DNA of 30,837 nt from Candidatus Eiseniibacteriota bacterium (lineage in GTDB: Bacteria > Eisenbacteria > RBG-16-71-46 > JABDJR01 > JAWXBZ01): the NCBI GenBank assembly GCA_034440375.1, contig JAWXBZ010000023.1, forward strand, positions 1-30,837. Direction: 5' to 3'. The notes beneath the pieces were generated by a model that worked only from the letters and a program-made list of their open reading frames with translations, ran no database searches and was not told the origin of the DNA. The position numbers were made by a program, and so were the translations under genes. Below are positions 8,371 through 17,034 of the stretch, one piece after another (position 1 is the stretch's first letter; each line of letters starts with the position of its first letter).

Positions 8371-8901
8371 TTAAAAGGGCGCCCCTCCCGGCCGGCATCC
8401 CCCTGGATTCAGCCACCTCCCCTCGAACGAAACACGGGTCTGGCAGTCGGATCGACAGGCATAGGGATCGGCGGGATCCACCTTGTAGATTCCGAAAAGG
8501 AGGAAGTGCTCCGGATTGACCACATCGAGGGTACCGTCAAATCGAATTTGAGAGGGACAATTCTCCCAGAGTACTTCCGCGAGACAATCGAAGTGGCCGT
8601 CTTCAGCGTCCGGCGTGAAGGGACAGCTCTCGATTCCGGCGAGTCCGAGAATGTCCGGTGGAATGCAAATCGTGTCAGCGAAGATGAACCCACCGGAGTT
8701 GAAACAACCCGATGAGCCCTGGATGTCGATGAACCGGACTCGAACGTCAAAAACGCCGGGCCGAAGCTGCGGCGGCGTGTCATCATCCTCGCTCTGACAG
8801 CCTGCCGCGATGGCGGCCACCAGGAGCAGAGGAAGCAGGAGCCGCCCGACCAAGGGAATGGCCTGGAGAGTCGATCGATTCATGAGCCCGCCTGATTTCA
8901 C
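8371..8901 (-). CDS. Cys-rich hypothetical lipoprotein (176 aa)
   Basis: TAGGAG-6nt-GTG coupling to the upstream gene; hydrophobic signal and lipobox IAAG-C; multiple Cys in the mature region. Confidence 0.75.
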   Translation of the reverse strand: MKSGGLMNRSTLQAIPLVGRLLLPLLLVAAIAAGCQSEDDDTPPQLRPGVFDVRVRFIDIQGSSGCFNSGGFIFADTICIPPDILGLAGIESCPFTPDAEDGHFDCLAEVLWENCPSQIRFDGTLDVVNPEHFLLFGIYKVDPADPYACRSDCQTRVSFEGRWLNPGGCRPGGAPF

Positions 8902-8910
8902 GGGTGACTC

Positions 8911-11900
8911 CTACGGCCGAAGCCCCTGCTGAATCCAGGTCAGAACCGTGTTGTAGTCCGTCTGGCCGGTCTGGAAATTGGCGAAACTGCCGCCGCTGTG
9001 GTCGCCGGTCGGGGCGCCCGGCCTGGTCAGGATCGGGCTGGCCGGCGGGTTGCCGGTGTTGCCATAGGGCGTGGCATTGCTGTAGATGGTGAGATCGACC
9101 ACCGCGACGCCGTCGTGACAGCCAAGGTTGTTACAACCGCTGGCGATGAGGATCGGCCGGACGGAACTCGCGAAGCCGGCCGCGCCCGTGCCGGTGGCCT
9201 GAACGTCGATCGCGCAGGCAGTGCCGAGGTCGATGGCGCAGTTCTGGGCCCCAAATGTCGTCGGACTGAAGCGGATGGTCACGATCCGTGAATTGCCGGA
9301 CATCAGGCCGAACCCTCCCGCCCCGGCGATGATCGTGTAGGCCTGGCACGACTCAGTGACGCTTCCCGACAGTGTGCCGCCGCCGCCGTTCGTGATCGTG
9401 AAGCTCTGGTCAACCGACTGGCCGGTCGTGACCAGGCCGTACGTCAGACTCGTCGTCGAGAGGTTGCAAACCGGCTGGGTTTCGCCGGTGCCGGTGGCCA
9501 TGATGTCGGCGCAAAGCGCCGATCCCGTCTCGATCGAGCAATTTTTGGCGCCGACGCTGGTGGGCTGGAATCGGACGATGACCGTGTGCGATTGCCCCGC
9601 TGTCAGGCCATAAGGGATGCCGCCCCCCACGATCGTGAAGTCGGGGCAATTGATCGACGGGATGCCGGCCAGCGTGCCACCGCCGGTATTGGTGATGTCG
9701 AAAGAGCTCTCAGCGGTCAGGTTGATGCCAACGCTGCCGAAGGCGAGGTCAGGCGGCGAGATGCGGCACTCGGGGGGCGGATCCCCCTGCCCCTGTGCCG
9801 GCAGATCGGCGCATCGTGTCGTGCCGGTCTCGATCGTGCAGAAACGATTGCCCGCGGCGGCGGGCGTGAATCGGACGGTTATCGGTCGGACAACCCCGGC
9901 GGCGAGAGAGTAGCTGCCGCCCCCCGATACGATCGTGAACTCCGCACAGGGGGAGCTGATCGTGCCATCGAGCATGCCGCCGCCGGTATTCGAAAGGGTG
10001 AAGCTGATTTCCGACGAGGCGCCCACCGGCGTCAGCGGAAAACTGAGCAGCGTCGTCGACAATCCGCAGGCTGGCATGGGGTCAGCCACGCCGCTCAATG
10101 TGATCGTTCCGCAGCGCTCGCTGCCGGTGACCAGGGGGCACAACTTGGTGCCGGCCGTGAGCGGACGGAATCGAATCGTGGCCGTGCGCGTCAGCCCGGC
10201 CGGCAGGCTGAACGACCCACCGCCGGTCACGATTTGAAAATCATTGCAGTCCTCGATCAGGGTGCCGGTCAGCGTACCACCGCCGCTGTTGGTAATGGTC
10301 AGCATCCGATCCACCGACCCGCCGACCGTGACGGTGCCGAAGTCGATGGCGGTGGCCGACAGCTGGCAGGCTGGCTCGACATCTCCGAAGGCTGACGCGG
10401 GAATCGGTGGACAGTCACTGGTGCCCGTATCGATGTCGCAGAGCCTGGAGCCGGTGCCCGACGGGGTGAATCTAACCGTGACCATCATCCCCACTCCGGG
10501 AGCCAGGGTGAATGGGCCACCGCCGGAGATTATCGTGAAATCAGCGCACATCTCGGCGAGCACTCCGCTGATGGTCGTTCCGCCCAGGTTTGTCAGGGTA
10601 AAGCTTCGGTCGGCCGATTGACCGATGAACACCGTGCCGAAATCAAGACTGGTCGGCAGGACGCGGCAGAGGCTGGCGGCAGTGCCGTTTCCCGAGGCCG
10701 CCACATTGTTGCAGTTGACGCTGCCGAGCCCGATGCCGCAGGTGCGGAGGGCCTGAAGGGTGGGTCGGAAGCGGACGGTGACCTTCAGACTCTCCCCCCC
10801 GCTCAGACCGTAGGGGCCGGTCCCTTCGATGACCTCGAAATCGTTGCAATTTTCGGAGATGGTGCCGGAAAGCACGCCACCGCCGATATTGGTGACGACA
10901 AAGGACTTTTCGGCAGACGTATTGACCGTAACGCCGCCGAACTGGAGCACGGACGGCGAGAGCGAGCAAAGCGGCAGGGCATCACCGACGCCGGCGAGCG
11001 TGATTCCGGGGCAATCCGTGCTCCCCAGGCTGAGCAGGCAGCTGCGCTCCCCCGCGTTCGGCGGCAGGAAGCGGACCGTGACCGTTCGCGACACCCCCGC
11101 AGCGAGCGAGTAGGGTCCGCTGTTATTGGTCACGGTGAAGGCATTGCAACCAGTGGCCACACTTCCGGAGAGGACCCCGCCGCCATCGTTTCGAATCGTG
11201 AATTGGAGTGTCCGACTCTGGTTCGGTGTCACGGTGCCGAAATCGAGGAGTTCCGGGGTGATCACGCAGACCGGCACGGCGAATCCCCGGCCAGCCAGTG
11301 ACAGCGGTGCGCAGCCGCCGCCGATATCGAGGGAGCACGACACGGAGCCGGCGGTGTTTGGCGTGAAACGAACGCGGACCACCCGCGACTCACCGCTGGG
11401 AAGCGTCCAGGCGCCGCCCCCTTCGATCACTTCAAATGTCTGGCAGCCAGCCGATACGAAGCCCGAAGCCGTGCCGCAGCCGGCGTTGTTGATTGAAAAC
11501 GCGGCAGTGGCCGACTCCCCCTGCGGCACCGAGCCCAAGTCAAGCAGCGAGGTGCTGAGTTGACACACGACCGGCGTCCCGGCCTCCCCCGACAGCCCGA
11601 CCGGCGCACAGGTCGTGATGCCAAACGACAACGTGCCGCTCCCGCTTCCCTGAGCCAGGGGCGCGTAACGCACCATCACCATGCGGGTCTCGTTGGCGCC
11701 AAGCGTATACGGACCGGCCCCCGCCGTCAGCGTGAAATCAGCCCCGCTCACGGCAACGCTGCCCGAGAAAGCGGTCGTCCCCGGATTGCGGAGGGTCACC
11801 GACCGCTCGGTGCCCGCACCGGGGCAGACGGAACCAAAGGTGAGCATGGCCGGCACGACCTCGCAGACGGCCGGATTGGTGGCCAGGCCAACCGCCGTGA

Positions 11901-12591
11901 CATCGAGACAGGCCGCGGCGCCGGTCTCGATCAGACAGGTTTCATTCCCGGCTCCGGTCGGAGCAAAGCGGACCCTGACCTCGCGGCTCTGGCTGGGGGC
12001 CAGCGTGTAGAGGCCCCCGCCCGACACAATATTGAAGGAGCCGCACGGGGCCTCGACGAAACCGGAGTACGCTGTCGGGCCGGTGTTCGTCATCGTGAAT
12101 GTCCGTTCAACGGCGGTGCCACCGACCTCGACCGTTCCGAAGTCGAGTGTCCCGGGCGAGACAAGGCAGGCATCACCGGGGGTGGCACGGCCGGTGAGTG
12201 CGACAAAGCGGCAGGCGGTGCCGAGTCGGATTTGAGCGGCGTGATCACCCGGAGTTCCCGGGCGGAAACGGACACCCACCCGCCGGAGCTGACCCGGGGC
12301 CAGTGAAAAGGCCCCACCTCCCGAAACGATTTCGAAGGCGCCGGCGTCGAGGGCCACCTGGCCGCCGAGCGTCCCGCCGCCCGTGTTGCGGATAAAGAAT
12401 GTCTTTTCGGTCGACGTCTGGCCGACTGTCATGGCGTCGAAGTCGATGGCGGCCTCCCGAACCTGGCAGGTCGGCTCGGCATCCGATGACGTCGGACCGA
12501 ACACGTCGTTCTCGCAGGCAGCCAGAACAATCAGCAACAGGAGCGCCATTGCGGCAAGCAGCCGGGAGGCAATGCGAGGAAGGGGGTTCAC
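8911..12591 (-). CDS. Large surface lipoprotein: 11 tandem ASH/choice-of-anchor-D-type Ig-like repeats plus C-terminal cytochrome c-like domain
   Basis: Signal/lipobox LLLLIVLAA-C after GTG 12591; repeat consensus C.lsp..ldFG.v.vg......FtitNtGGg.l.g.....C..F.i..Ggg.y.La.g.sr.vtvrF.P...g...C.i..g...C; C-terminus FASSVRPILIASGCNNLGCH...DHSGG...VLTWIQQG. Confidence 0.85.
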   Translation of the reverse strand: MNPLPRIASRLLAAMALLLLIVLAACENDVFGPTSSDAEPTCQVREAAIDFDAMTVGQTSTEKTFFIRNTGGGTLGGQVALDAGAFEIVSGGGAFSLAPGQLRRVGVRFRPGTPGDHAAQIRLGTACRFVALTGRATPGDACLVSPGTLDFGTVEVGGTAVERTFTMTNTGPTAYSGFVEAPCGSFNIVSGGGLYTLAPSQSREVRVRFAPTGAGNETCLIETGAAACLDVTAVGLATNPAVCEVVPAMLTFGSVCPGAGTERSVTLRNPGTTAFSGSVAVSGADFTLTAGAGPYTLGANETRMVMVRYAPLAQGSGSGTLSFGITTCAPVGLSGEAGTPVVCQLSTSLLDLGSVPQGESATAAFSINNAGCGTASGFVSAGCQTFEVIEGGGAWTLPSGESRVVRVRFTPNTAGSVSCSLDIGGGCAPLSLAGRGFAVPVCVITPELLDFGTVTPNQSRTLQFTIRNDGGGVLSGSVATGCNAFTVTNNSGPYSLAAGVSRTVTVRFLPPNAGERSCLLSLGSTDCPGITLAGVGDALPLCSLSPSVLQFGGVTVNTSAEKSFVVTNIGGGVLSGTISENCNDFEVIEGTGPYGLSGGESLKVTVRFRPTLQALRTCGIGLGSVNCNNVAASGNGTAASLCRVLPTSLDFGTVFIGQSADRSFTLTNLGGTTISGVLAEMCADFTIISGGGPFTLAPGVGMMVTVRFTPSGTGSRLCDIDTGTSDCPPIPASAFGDVEPACQLSATAIDFGTVTVGGSVDRMLTITNSGGGTLTGTLIEDCNDFQIVTGGGSFSLPAGLTRTATIRFRPLTAGTKLCPLVTGSERCGTITLSGVADPMPACGLSTTLLSFPLTPVGASSEISFTLSNTGGGMLDGTISSPCAEFTIVSGGGSYSLAAGVVRPITVRFTPAAAGNRFCTIETGTTRCADLPAQGQGDPPPECRISPPDLAFGSVGINLTAESSFDITNTGGGTLAGIPSINCPDFTIVGGGIPYGLTAGQSHTVIVRFQPTSVGAKNCSIETGSALCADIMATGTGETQPVCNLSTTSLTYGLVTTGQSVDQSFTITNGGGGTLSGSVTESCQAYTIIAGAGGFGLMSGNSRIVTIRFSPTTFGAQNCAIDLGTACAIDVQATGTGAAGFASSVRPILIASGCNNLGCHDGVAVVDLTIYSNATPYGNTGNPPASPILTRPGAPTGDHSGGSFANFQTGQTDYNTVLTWIQQGLRP
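9181..12468 (-). repeat. 11 tandem ~300-bp (~100 aa) Ig-like domain repeats
   Basis: Units start CQVREAAIDF, CLVSPGTLDF, CEVVPAMLTF, CQLSTSLLDL, CVITPELLDF, CSLSPSVLQF, CRVLPTSLDF, CQLSATAIDF, CGLSTTLLSF, CRISPPDLAF, CNLSTTSLTY. Confidence 0.9.
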
Positions 12592-12597
12592 GGCGCC

Positions 12598-12626
12598 AGT
12601 ATCAGGAGGGGACGGCGGATTGTCAA
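12598..12626 (-). promoter_or_regulatory. Putative sigma70 promoter of the Ig-repeat lipoprotein (likely leaderless)
   Basis: TTGACA-17 nt-GATACT, then 6 nt to the GTG at 12591. Confidence 0.55.
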
Positions 12627-12645
12627 CGAATTCGAAGCACTTCAT

Positions 12646-12674
12646 TTGACGGCCGGGAAGGCAAGTGCCAAGAT
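12646..12674 (+). promoter_or_regulatory. Putative sigma70 promoter of the beta-barrel gene
   Basis: TTGACG-17 nt-CAAGAT with an extended TGn, ~48 nt upstream of ATG 12723. Confidence 0.4.
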
Positions 12675-12722
12675 GCGCCGTCCATTTAGAAAATTTTGCC
12701 ACAGGCTTCCAACGGAGGCGTC

Positions 12723-14033
12723 ATGCGGTCAATATTTCTCGGCTCCCTGCTCGGTTTCGGGCTCCTTCTCTCCCCCACCTCTGCCCGGGCCCAGAGCCTC
12801 AATCTCCGTGATCTCCTGCCGGACTTCCTGCGGCGAGGGGTTTCGCTGGCCCCACCCGCGGTGGGAACCGATCACTCGGCCCACTTCAACTCGGGGGTTG
12901 ATCAGTTCGACGCCGTCGACCAGATCAATTCGGAAATCGCCTACCAGCTTTCGGCCTTTCCCCTCTCCTCCTCCGCCGGCGGATTCGCGTACGAGTACGA
13001 CGCCAACCTGGGCGTATTCAACCGGCCCACGCGCAGCTTCGGCCCGGTGTACACCGAGCGCGCCTTCAATGTAGGCCAGGGAAAGATCAACTTCGGCGTC
13101 AATTACAGTCGATTCACCTTCGACGAAATCGATGAAATTGACCTGCGGGGCGACGGTCTCCAGTTCGTCTTCCAACATCTCGACTCGAACAACGACGGCA
13201 ACAACACACAGTTCTTCTTCGAGGGGGATGTCGTCGCCGCCGATGTCTTCGTGAACATCGAGAGCAGCGTCACGGCGCTCGTCACCACCTTCGGCGTCAC
13301 CGACCGCTTCGACGTAGGTCTCGTGGTCCCGGCGGTCGACGTCAGCATGGACGTCCGGGTCGACAGCCATGTCGAGCGTCTGGCCACCGGCGGTACCGCG
13401 CCCGACACCCACGCCTTTCCCAACGGTACGGGTGTCCAGACCACCCAGACCGGCGCCAGCGCAAACGGTGTCGGCGACATCCAGATCCGGGCCAAGTACC
13501 GCCTGACCGACGGCCGGGCACTGGCGGCGCTCCTGGGGGAGGTTCGCCTCCCCACCGGCGACGAGGACAATCTGCTGGGTGTCGGAGCGCTCGGTGGGCG
13601 GGTGACCTTCGTCGGCACGCTGAACAGCGACGTCCTGGCGCCCCACGTGAACCTGGGCTACCAGGCCAACGGGAAGGGACTCCCGGACGAACTGACCTAC
13701 CGGCTCGGCGCCGACCTGGTGCTCGATCCCAAGATCACTCTTTCCGGTGAAATTCTGGGACTCACCCAGTCCGATGTCCGGAGCGTCGCGGTCGAGGAAG
13801 TCACCCTTTCGGCCAACACCAGCCCCACGGGGCCGCCGAACATCGTGGAAGGAACCTTCGAGCGGACCACGTACACCCCCGGGGAGAGCCGATCCACGCT
13901 GGACGCGGCCATCGGGATCAAGATCAACCTGGCCCGGACGCTGCTCATCTCCCTGAACGGCGTTTTCCCCCTGACCAGTGACGGGCTTACGGACGAATTT
14001 ACCCCCCTGATCGGATTTGACTACAGCTTTTGA
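12723..14033 (+). CDS. Outer-membrane beta-barrel protein ('transporter'/MetA-pathway-like family)
   Basis: GGAGG SD; Sec signal ending ARA-Q; motifs TFGVTDRFDVGLVVP, GVGDIQIRAKYRL, LPTGDEDNLLG; C-terminal beta-signal IGFDYSF. Confidence 0.8.
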   Translation: MRSIFLGSLLGFGLLLSPTSARAQSLNLRDLLPDFLRRGVSLAPPAVGTDHSAHFNSGVDQFDAVDQINSEIAYQLSAFPLSSSAGGFAYEYDANLGVFNRPTRSFGPVYTERAFNVGQGKINFGVNYSRFTFDEIDEIDLRGDGLQFVFQHLDSNNDGNNTQFFFEGDVVAADVFVNIESSVTALVTTFGVTDRFDVGLVVPAVDVSMDVRVDSHVERLATGGTAPDTHAFPNGTGVQTTQTGASANGVGDIQIRAKYRLTDGRALAALLGEVRLPTGDEDNLLGVGALGGRVTFVGTLNSDVLAPHVNLGYQANGKGLPDELTYRLGADLVLDPKITLSGEILGLTQSDVRSVAVEEVTLSANTSPTGPPNIVEGTFERTTYTPGESRSTLDAAIGIKINLARTLLISLNGVFPLTSDGLTDEFTPLIGFDYSF

Positions 14034-14084
14034 GGCGGCCGGCCGGGGGCGCCGTACGCCCGGCCACACGTCCGACCGATTCAA

Positions 14085-14113
14085 TTGACACGCTAGTCGA
14101 ATCAGCTTAAGTT
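14085..14113 (+). promoter_or_regulatory. Putative sigma70 promoter of hcp
   Basis: Perfect TTGACA (14085-14090), 17-nt spacer, TAAGTT (14108-14113) in an AT-richer intergenic stretch. Confidence 0.65.
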
Positions 14114-14215
14114 CCGATCGCCGGGTCCATCCAAACCGTTGCAACCCCGGCAACGTCGAACCTGAAATGCTCAGGGCGCACGGTAACAAAGACTCCCGCA
14201 CCGTGAGGAGCCAGC

Positions 14216-14722
14216 ATGCCAAACCCAATTTATATCTGGTACACAGGCGTCACTCAGGGGAAAATGGAAGGATTCGGCTCGTGGGCCGGTGAGGACGATC
14301 AGGCCGGCAAGGAAGGCTCAAGCCTGGTCCTGTCACTCACGCACGAGGTCACCAGCCCACGTGACCAGGCCACCGGCCTTGCCAGCGGCCGCCGCATCCA
14401 CCTGCCCCTCACCATCACCAAGCGCATCGACAAGGCATCGCCGAAGCTGTACATGGCGCTGACCAAGAACGAGCAGCTGAGCGATGTCACCGTGAAGTGG
14501 TTCCGCGTCGTGCAGGCCGGCGGCGGCGGTCAGGAACACTACTTCACGACCAAGCTGGAAGGTGCCGTCGTGTCGAGCATCCGGCAGTGGTTTCCGATCA
14601 TCAGTGATCCGACCAAGCGTGAATACTCCCATCTCGAGGATGTCTCGTTCAGCTACAACAAGATCACCTGGACCTGGGAAGATGGCGGTATCACGCACAC
14701 CGATGATTGGCGCGCGGGCTGA
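14216..14722 (+). CDS. hcp: T6SS tube protein Hcp (TssD)
   Basis: HEVTSPRDQATGLASGRRIHLPLTITKRIDKASPKLYMAL..NEQL, EHYFTTKLEGA, HLEDVSFSYNKITWT, DDW; GAGGAG SD. Confidence 0.97.
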   Translation: MPNPIYIWYTGVTQGKMEGFGSWAGEDDQAGKEGSSLVLSLTHEVTSPRDQATGLASGRRIHLPLTITKRIDKASPKLYMALTKNEQLSDVTVKWFRVVQAGGGGQEHYFTTKLEGAVVSSIRQWFPIISDPTKREYSHLEDVSFSYNKITWTWEDGGITHTDDWRAG

Positions 14723-15561
14723 GTCAAGAGAATCGCAATTGGGCCGTCCTGGGGGTTGAACTCGGCACCCCGGACGGCCCGCTGCGCGGTCAGGTCCGAA
14801 TCGATACCGGCCCGATGTCGCTGGCCGAAATGGTCCCCTCGGCGCTCGAGCTCACCAGCGTCCTGGCCGGCCGGGCCAATCAGAAGTCGGCCCGATTGGG
14901 AAAGCCGGTCTCGTGCTGCAAGGGGTGCGGCGCCTGCTGCCGCCAGTTGGTTCCCCTGTCGATCCCCGAGGTCTTCTACCTCATGGACCGGGTCGATGGG
15001 CAGGATCCGATCCGACGGGCCGCCACCATCAGCCGCTTTACGGCCATCGACTCGACTCTCGACGGGCGCGGGATGGTCGAGCCGCTGCTCGACATGCGTG
15101 TTGGCGGCGATCCCTTCCGCTCCCTGAATCAGGCCTACTTCGAGATGCAGATGGCCTGTCCCTTCCTCATCGACGAATCGTGTTCCATCCACCCCGAGCG
15201 CCCGGTGGCCTGTCGCGAGTACAGTGTCACGTCGGATCGGCGTCTCTGCGATAACCCCTTTGCCGCCGGGATCGACAAGGTGCCGATGCCGCTGCCGCTC
15301 TCGGCCAGCCTGTCCTGGCTGACCTCCGAGCTGCTCGGCGAACCGCCTATCCTGGTTCCGCTGCCGCTGGCGCCACGTTTCGCGGCGGAGCATGAGGAGT
15401 GGCGCGAACAGCGCTGGCCTGGCCTCGAAATATTTCAGCATTTCATGCGGATCGCAGGCGGGCCACCACCCGACTGGGCCATGAACACGCCGAACGACCC
15501 GCCGCCCGCCGGCATCTCGCCGGTGGCCTCCGCCCCGCCCGCCCCGCCATCCGAAGCCTGA
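14707..15561 (+). CDS. YkgJ/CxxCxxCC (FliB-like) cysteine-cluster metal-binding protein; start uncertain (14707, 14719 or 14815)
   Basis: SCCKGCGACCRQLV, ACPFLIDESCSIHPERPVACREY. Confidence 0.85.
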   Translation: MARGLSQENRNWAVLGVELGTPDGPLRGQVRIDTGPMSLAEMVPSALELTSVLAGRANQKSARLGKPVSCCKGCGACCRQLVPLSIPEVFYLMDRVDGQDPIRRAATISRFTAIDSTLDGRGMVEPLLDMRVGGDPFRSLNQAYFEMQMACPFLIDESCSIHPERPVACREYSVTSDRRLCDNPFAAGIDKVPMPLPLSASLSWLTSELLGEPPILVPLPLAPRFAAEHEEWREQRWPGLEIFQHFMRIAGGPPPDWAMNTPNDPPPAGISPVASAPPAPPSEA

Positions 15562-15567
15562 CTCGCC

Positions 15568-17034
15568 CTAGCGCAGCGGCAGCTGAACTTCGAACTCGAG
15601 CGGCTTTTCCTGGATCTTGAACGTCGGCGTGATCTTGACCGCGGCCGCCACGCGCCCGTCGGGCAGCTGGATTGGCGTGGCCAGTACATGCGTACCCGGG
15701 GCATCGCCGACGAAGGGTGACAGCTCGGCGAACAGCTGGTGCTCGAGCCATCGACAGACCTCGGTCGGGTCCCCGGCCGGCAGGCGCCCGGACAAATCCA
15801 GCAGCCGGTGCGATACCTGTCCGGCATAGAGCTGGTAGGTCAGTGCCTGGTCCAGCGTCACGCTTCCGGGGGCGTGGCGGTAAGTGGTGGCGAGGAATGG
15901 GAAATAGGCGATATCGCCGTTCTGTTGCCCAACCAGCGGCGTGAAGCCGGCCCGGCAAAGATCCCACGCCTTTTCGTCCGGCAGGATGACCTCCGTCGGC
16001 ACCACAACCCTGGTCATTGGCCCCTGCTGCAGTTCACGGGTCGGCAGATCGCGGTGCCCGCCGGTGCCGGACAGGCCGTCGGCCGCAGCGCAATGGCCGT
16101 GCTGGGAATAGCTGGCGGCCAGGCTCACGCCGAGTGCCCAGATGGGGCTTCCCCACGCCAGCCACTCGGGATGGGCCGGATCGACGGTTTCATTGTAGAA
16201 GGCGTCGGATCCTCCGCCACCGTAGGGCGCGCGGAGGAGGAACCGGTTGACCGAAAGGCTTACCCAGCGCGCGGCGTTCTCGCGCTGAAAGAGATTCCAG
16301 CCGGCCCACGGGCCGCCAAACGTCTTGGTAGCCAGGTCGGGAAGCGACGGCAGGTGCGCCAGGTTCTTGAGGCCGAACATGGCCGGGCCGACCGAGGCCG
16401 CTACCGGCGTCTGGATCGCCGCGGCAAGTTCGCCGAGGAGATGAAGCCGCTCGATGGAGGCCATCTGATGATCAAATTCCTGGTCGATCAGCAGGGCCGA
16501 GGCGGCCACATCCGATGTCCCCTCGTAATCCGGATCAAAGATCTGGGCACGATAGCGATCCGCCCACTCCTCGCCGATTCCCGTGACCAGGGCATCCAGT
16601 TGCAGCGGCACCAGCCGGCCAATGCCGGCCTCGCCCCGTTTGGCCAGGTAGGCGAGCCCCAACCATGCGGATTCGAGCTTCGCGAAATCCGGATGATGAA
16701 CGATGGCATCGAGCAACGGCGTGCAGAGCGCTCGATCATCCGGCGACCCCTTGAGGGCGCCTCCCGCCGTGAGCTGTGGCGCCGCCTGGGCCCAGATCTC
16801 CTTCGGTTCGAAATCCCGCCGCTTCCGGAATTCCAGCGAGAGCGGGGCGCCGGCAATCTTGATCGACAGGCTCGGGGCCACCCGCTCGACGGCGCCGTCC
16901 AGATCGTCCGCCGCGACACGCATCGGCCCCCCGGGACGTGCGGGGTTATGCCCGGCCAGTGGCGCCACGACGACCAGTCGCAGCGGCGTCCAGGATAGTT
17001 CGTCGCCGGACGGACTCTTGGTTTCGTCATTCAT
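15568..17034 (-). CDS. tssC: Fused contractile sheath protein: TssB-like N-terminus plus TssC core (488 aa)
   Basis: N-terminal PLRLVVVAPLAG...RVAADDLDGAVERVAPSL...LSLEFRKRRDFEPKEI resembles TssB; LDAIVHHPDFAKLESAWLGL, LGELAAAIQTP, ARWVSLSVNRFLLRAPYG, WGSP, PTEVILPD..AGFTPL are TssC motifs. ATG 17034 overlaps the tagF end. Confidence 0.85.
   Translation of the reverse strand: MNDETKSPSGDELSWTPLRLVVVAPLAGHNPARPGGPMRVAADDLDGAVERVAPSLSIKIAGAPLSLEFRKRRDFEPKEIWAQAAPQLTAGGALKGSPDDRALCTPLLDAIVHHPDFAKLESAWLGLAYLAKRGEAGIGRLVPLQLDALVTGIGEEWADRYRAQIFDPDYEGTSDVAASALLIDQEFDHQMASIERLHLLGELAAAIQTPVAASVGPAMFGLKNLAHLPSLPDLATKTFGGPWAGWNLFQRENAARWVSLSVNRFLLRAPYGGGGSDAFYNETVDPAHPEWLAWGSPIWALGVSLAASYSQHGHCAAADGLSGTGGHRDLPTRELQQGPMTRVVVPTEVILPDEKAWDLCRAGFTPLVGQQNGDIAYFPFLATTYRHAPGSVTLDQALTYQLYAGQVSHRLLDLSGRLPAGDPTEVCRWLEHQLFAELSPFVGDAPGTHVLATPIQLPDGRVAAAVKITPTFKIQEKPLEFEVQLPLR

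Noticed and set aside
12656-12671. Sigma54-like TTGGCAC-N5-TTCC (also TGGCAC at 6341)
   Set aside because: The invariant GC at -12 is missing in both.
14041-14065. GGCCGGG/CCCGGCC hairpin after the barrel gene as an intrinsic terminator
   Set aside because: No U-tract; such GC hairpins arise readily by chance here.
12729-14228. 499-aa minus-strand ORF
   Set aside because: Antisense to the beta-barrel gene, which has an SD, a signal peptide and a beta-signal.
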